The position numbers and the translations under genes are program-made. Positions 61,601-64,000 of a stretch of DNA of 64,000 bases are shown here, piece by piece. The notes under the pieces were generated by a model, which searched no databases, was not told the origin of the DNA, and saw only the letters and a list, made by a program, of their open reading frames with translations. This DNA comes from Nitrospirota bacterium (GTDB lineage: Bacteria; Nitrospirota; Nitrospiria; Nitrospirales; Nitrospiraceae), in the NCBI GenBank assembly GCA_963701855.1, contig CAVPBK010000013.1, positions 1 through 64,000 on the forward strand, written 5' to 3'. Each line of letters begins with the position of its first letter. Positions within the stretch are counted from its first letter, which is position 1.

Positions 61601-61734
61601 CGGGCGCTGATGTGATGAAACGAATCGCCGCACCGATGATCGGCGGCATGGTCAGTTCAACAATCCTGACGCTTCTGGTGATTCCCGCACTGTATTTTGT
61701 CTGGAGGCGTTTGAGGTTGACTTCGAAATCTTAG
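58624..61734 (+). CDS. cusA: CusA/SilA heavy-metal RND efflux pump
   Basis: DAIPDLSDVQV, GPDATGVGW, GAMVDAAIVMVEN; Met triad LYMP / VGMGE / TEMIT. Confidence 0.93.
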   Translation: MIARLIEGSARNPVLVILFVLLLASWGLWAGFQVPLDAIPDLSDVQVIVYTEWQGRSPTLIEDQVTYPIVASLLAGPKVKRVRGVSEYGVSYVYVIFEDRTDLYWARSRVLEYMQKLTGKLPSGVAPTLGPDATGVGWVYQYALVDESGAHDLAQLRSLQDWYLRYQLESVPGVAEVAVVGGFVKQYQIEVDPNTLATYRLPIKTIIEAVRNSNAEVSGRVLEMAGTEYVIRGRGYLRSVDDIELIPVGTDGRGTPILIRDIAHVHIGPDQRRGVAELDGKGQTVGGIVIMRAGENALAVIERIKAKLAEITPALPTGVHIAPTYDRSDLIHRAIAVLREKLVEESIIVSLVAVVFLFHLRSALVAILILPVAVLLAFIPMAYLHITSSIMSLGGIAIAIGAMVDAAIVMVENAHKRLEQSPHADRIETIIAAAKEVGRPLFFSLLVIAVSFLPIFALEAQEGRLFTPLAYTKTFAMLFATALSVTLAPVLMVLLIRGRIRAEAKNPLNWLLVALYRPILSGALRARWMTLGLAVVVVGFTAPIFSRLGAEFMPPLNEGTILYMPTTVPGLSIPESAKVLQVQDHLLTTLPEVERVFGKMGKASTATDPAFVGMGEITVTLKPEAQWRPGMTWDRLLDEMDAKLRIPGFPNIWWMPIQTRTEMITTGVRSPVGIKVLGPDLKTIEKIGLEIEHVLTNVPGTKSAFAERLNEGYYLDLTVNRREAARYGLTVGDVQGVITSAIGGETVTTTVEGRERYPVNVRYKRELRDDPDRLKRVLIPTPSGSQIPLGQIAEMVITQGPPSITDEAGALAGLVSVAVSGRDLRGYVEDAQRAVRARVTLPPGYRLVWAGQYEHLVRAEERLKLVVPVTIGIILLLLYLNFGSLSKSLIVLLSVPFATIGAIWYLDYLGYNLSVAVWVGIIALAGVAAETGVVMLVYLDEAYERRVREGRMATAQDLLEAIMEGAVQRVRPKMMTVAAIMGGLLPIMWTTGTGADVMKRIAAPMIGGMVSSTILTLLVIPALYFVWRRLRLTSKS

Positions 61735-62105
61735 CCTGCATCATTCTGTATCGCGTCGAGCGATGAAATTGATCCACCGTCCCTTGCACGGTGCCGATGA
61801 TAACAACCTCCTGTTTATGAGCGACCGGTCTGGGGAGAAGAACGGCCTCGAACCCTCCGTCATTTTGAGGACTCCTCAGCATGCCTGCGGTGATCATCAG
61901 GAGCAGGCTTCGCAAGATTCTATTCTTATGAAGTAGGCAGAGGCCAGCCGCCACGAGGATCCTCGTGGTCTCCTTCCGTTCTCAATGCTCAAACATGCAA
62001 CTTTCGTGACTCACCTCACAGATCGATATACGATGTCGCGTGCCCTCTCAAATACAGAGAGTCACCTGCAATACTTCTTCAGCACTATCGGTTGAGACCT
62101 TTCTT

Positions 62106-63350
62106 ATGAACCAAGTTCGGCACAATGGGAGCGCGGAAGTCAACGGCCTTCATATGCCGACAGGCCCTGAAAGTTCGATCTACTCTCAATCGTTTCTTAT
62201 TCCTGCCCGCTACCCGATCTACTTTACGAACGACGCCTTCGATCCATCTAATTCTTGCCTACTCCAAGCGGTCACCCATGCCGAATCGAATCGCCGCCAC
62301 CGCCTCTTTGCCATCATCGACCAAGGTTTGCTCAAAGCCAGACCATCCCTTCCCAAGAATCTCACTGCCTATGTCAAGAACCATAAACAGCATATGGAAC
62401 TGGCGGCACTGCCCTATGTAGTGCCAGGAGGGGAACGATCAAAAAATGACCCAAGCCTTCCGGCAAGGCTGCAAAAACGGCTCTACCAACTCAACATCGA
62501 TCGGCAATCGATCGTGCTCATTGTGGGAGGCGGCGCTGTGTTGGATATGGTGGGATACGCTGCTGCAACGACTCACCGAGGCGTGAGGGTGATCCGCCTC
62601 CCCACCACGGTTCTTTCTCAGGGAGACGGAGGGCTTGGCGTCAAGAATGGAATCAACGCCTTTGGAGTCAAGAATTTCCTGGGCACCTTTGCCGTACCCT
62701 TTGCCATCGTGAACGACGTACAGTTCATCGATACGCTGCCGGCGCGTCACCGAACATCCGGCATGGCCGAGGCCGTGAAGGTCGCCCTGATTCGCGATGC
62801 TGGGTTTTTTGACTGGCTGGAAGCTAATACGGCAGCCCTCTCTAAATTCGAGCCCTCCGCACTGGCTTACCTGATCCGCCGCTCAGCGGAGATCCATCTT
62901 GGCCACATCGCGTCATCGGGCGACCCGTTCGAATCCGGCAGCGCCCGGCCGCTTGATTTCGGACATTGGGCCGCTCATAAACTCGAAACGCTCAGTGGGT
63001 ACCGACTGCACCATGGCGAGGCCGTCGCGATCGGTATGGCAATCGATTCACGTTATTCCAGCGAGATCGGCTTGTTGAGCGAACAGGCCTGCGAACAGAT
63101 TCTCTGTCTGCTCGATCGTCTGAAACTTCCCTCCTGGCATCGCACGCTCGACCTCAAGGGACCGGATGGCCGCCCGAAAATTCTCCAGGGTCTCGATGAA
63201 TTCAAAGAACATATCGGCGGAGAACTCACCATCACCTTGCTCAAGCAGATCGGGCAAGGCACGGAGGTGGGCCAGATCGACCAAGCAATCATTCATCGAG
63301 CGCTGTCCTGGCTCAGGAAAAGGCATTCCAGCCGATGCGTATCGAGATAG
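62106..63350 (+). CDS. 3-dehydroquinate synthase-like sugar-phosphate cyclase (EboD-like)
   Basis: GGGAVLD, PTTVLSQ.D.G.GVKN, RPLDFGHWAAHKLE, HGEAVAIG; start may be 62154. Confidence 0.85.
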   Translation: MNQVRHNGSAEVNGLHMPTGPESSIYSQSFLIPARYPIYFTNDAFDPSNSCLLQAVTHAESNRRHRLFAIIDQGLLKARPSLPKNLTAYVKNHKQHMELAALPYVVPGGERSKNDPSLPARLQKRLYQLNIDRQSIVLIVGGGAVLDMVGYAAATTHRGVRVIRLPTTVLSQGDGGLGVKNGINAFGVKNFLGTFAVPFAIVNDVQFIDTLPARHRTSGMAEAVKVALIRDAGFFDWLEANTAALSKFEPSALAYLIRRSAEIHLGHIASSGDPFESGSARPLDFGHWAAHKLETLSGYRLHHGEAVAIGMAIDSRYSSEIGLLSEQACEQILCLLDRLKLPSWHRTLDLKGPDGRPKILQGLDEFKEHIGGELTITLLKQIGQGTEVGQIDQAIIHRALSWLRKRHSSRCVSR

Positions 63351-64000
63351 CCGGACGTCCCCACCTGACGTACTGCACCAATATCCACTCCGGAGAAACC
63401 TGGCCGGAGATTCTCAAGAATGTGGAGCAGTACGTGCTCCACATCAAAAGGAAAGTCGCGCCGGACTGTGCCTATGGAATCGGGCTCCGGCTTTCCGGTC
63501 AAGCCGCTCAAGCCCTTGCAGACCCTAAGGAACTGAACGCCTTCCGACAGTTTCTTCACAACCAGAACCTCTATGTCTTCACCATCAACGGATTCCCGCA
63601 GGGCACCTTCCACGGAACACGGGTCAAAGAGAAGGTCTATCTACCGGACTGGCTGGACGAGGAGCGGCTCGACTATGCCGATCAATGCGCACATGTTTTG
63701 GCGGCATTACTTACCGACCACCCAGATATCGAAGGCAGCGTCAGCACCGTCCCCGGTGCGTTCAAGCCACGTGCTCGATCAGACCAGGCAACTTCCCGTA
63801 TCGCCGGTCAGCTCCTGCGACACGCGGCTACGTTACATCGACTTCAAGAAACAACGGGTCGCATCATCACATGCGCTCTGGAGCCGGAACCCTGCTGCCT
63901 GCTCGAAACGATGGCGGAAACCGTGTCCTTCTTTAAGACCCATCTGTTCGGCGCCACGGCTGTCGCGGATTTCTCCAGACTGACCGGTCTCAAGATCCCC
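63335..64000 (+). CDS. eboE: EboE metabolite traffic protein (TIM barrel), runs off the window
   Basis: Manual translation MRIEIAGRPHLTYCTNIHSGE..GIGLRLS..VFTINGFP.GTFHG..VKEKVYLPDW..LEPEPCC. Confidence 0.88.
   Translation, partial: MRIEIAGRPHLTYCTNIHSGETWPEILKNVEQYVLHIKRKVAPDCAYGIGLRLSGQAAQALADPKELNAFRQFLHNQNLYVFTINGFPQGTFHGTRVKEKVYLPDWLDEERLDYADQCAHVLAALLTDHPDIEGSVSTVPGAFKPRARSDQATSRIAGQLLRHAATLHRLQETTGRIITCALEPEPCCLLETMAETVSFFKTHLFGATAVADFSRLTGLKIP

Noticed and set aside
61652..61960. Possible small minus-strand gene after cusA
   Set aside because: It overlaps the cusA end, has no convincing start or motif, and may be a degenerate remnant.

Overview
Bacterial chromosomal window, very probably Nitrospira (Nitrospirota), inferred from protein families and intergenic repeat style. 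Contents in order: (i) a large MnxG-like multicopper oxidase followed by two paralogous cupredoxin/carboxypeptidase-regulatory-like proteins, all broken by frameshifts that look like long-read indel errors; (ii) a KimA-type permease, a PKD protein and an accessory block (DUF6602-like nuclease, a Doc toxin surrounded by three antitoxin-like peptides, an orphan HExxH enzyme); (iii) housekeeping genes (rqcH, RRM protein, ABC exporter, mobB, moeA, mrp, tatC, degP-like); (iv) a 3,187-bp IS1-family cargo transposon at 28952-32138; (v) GT2, pseudo-caspase, cytochrome c, rodZ, pfkB-type kinase, mtnP, miaA, mutL, tol-pal with two cpoB, tRNA-Asp and tRNA-Val, xerD, lpoA-like, M50 protease, trpS; (vi) a cusCBA-type efflux operon and the start of an ebo cluster. 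The transposon is the best candidate for an undescribed system. It has perfect 17-bp terminal inverted repeats and carries an atypical class-I tRNA with anticodon ACT, a predicted antisense-RNA-controlled Shine-Dalgarno switch in the transposase leader, and an HTH-HATPase-STAS regulator. All family assignments come from motif recognition by eye; no database searches were run.
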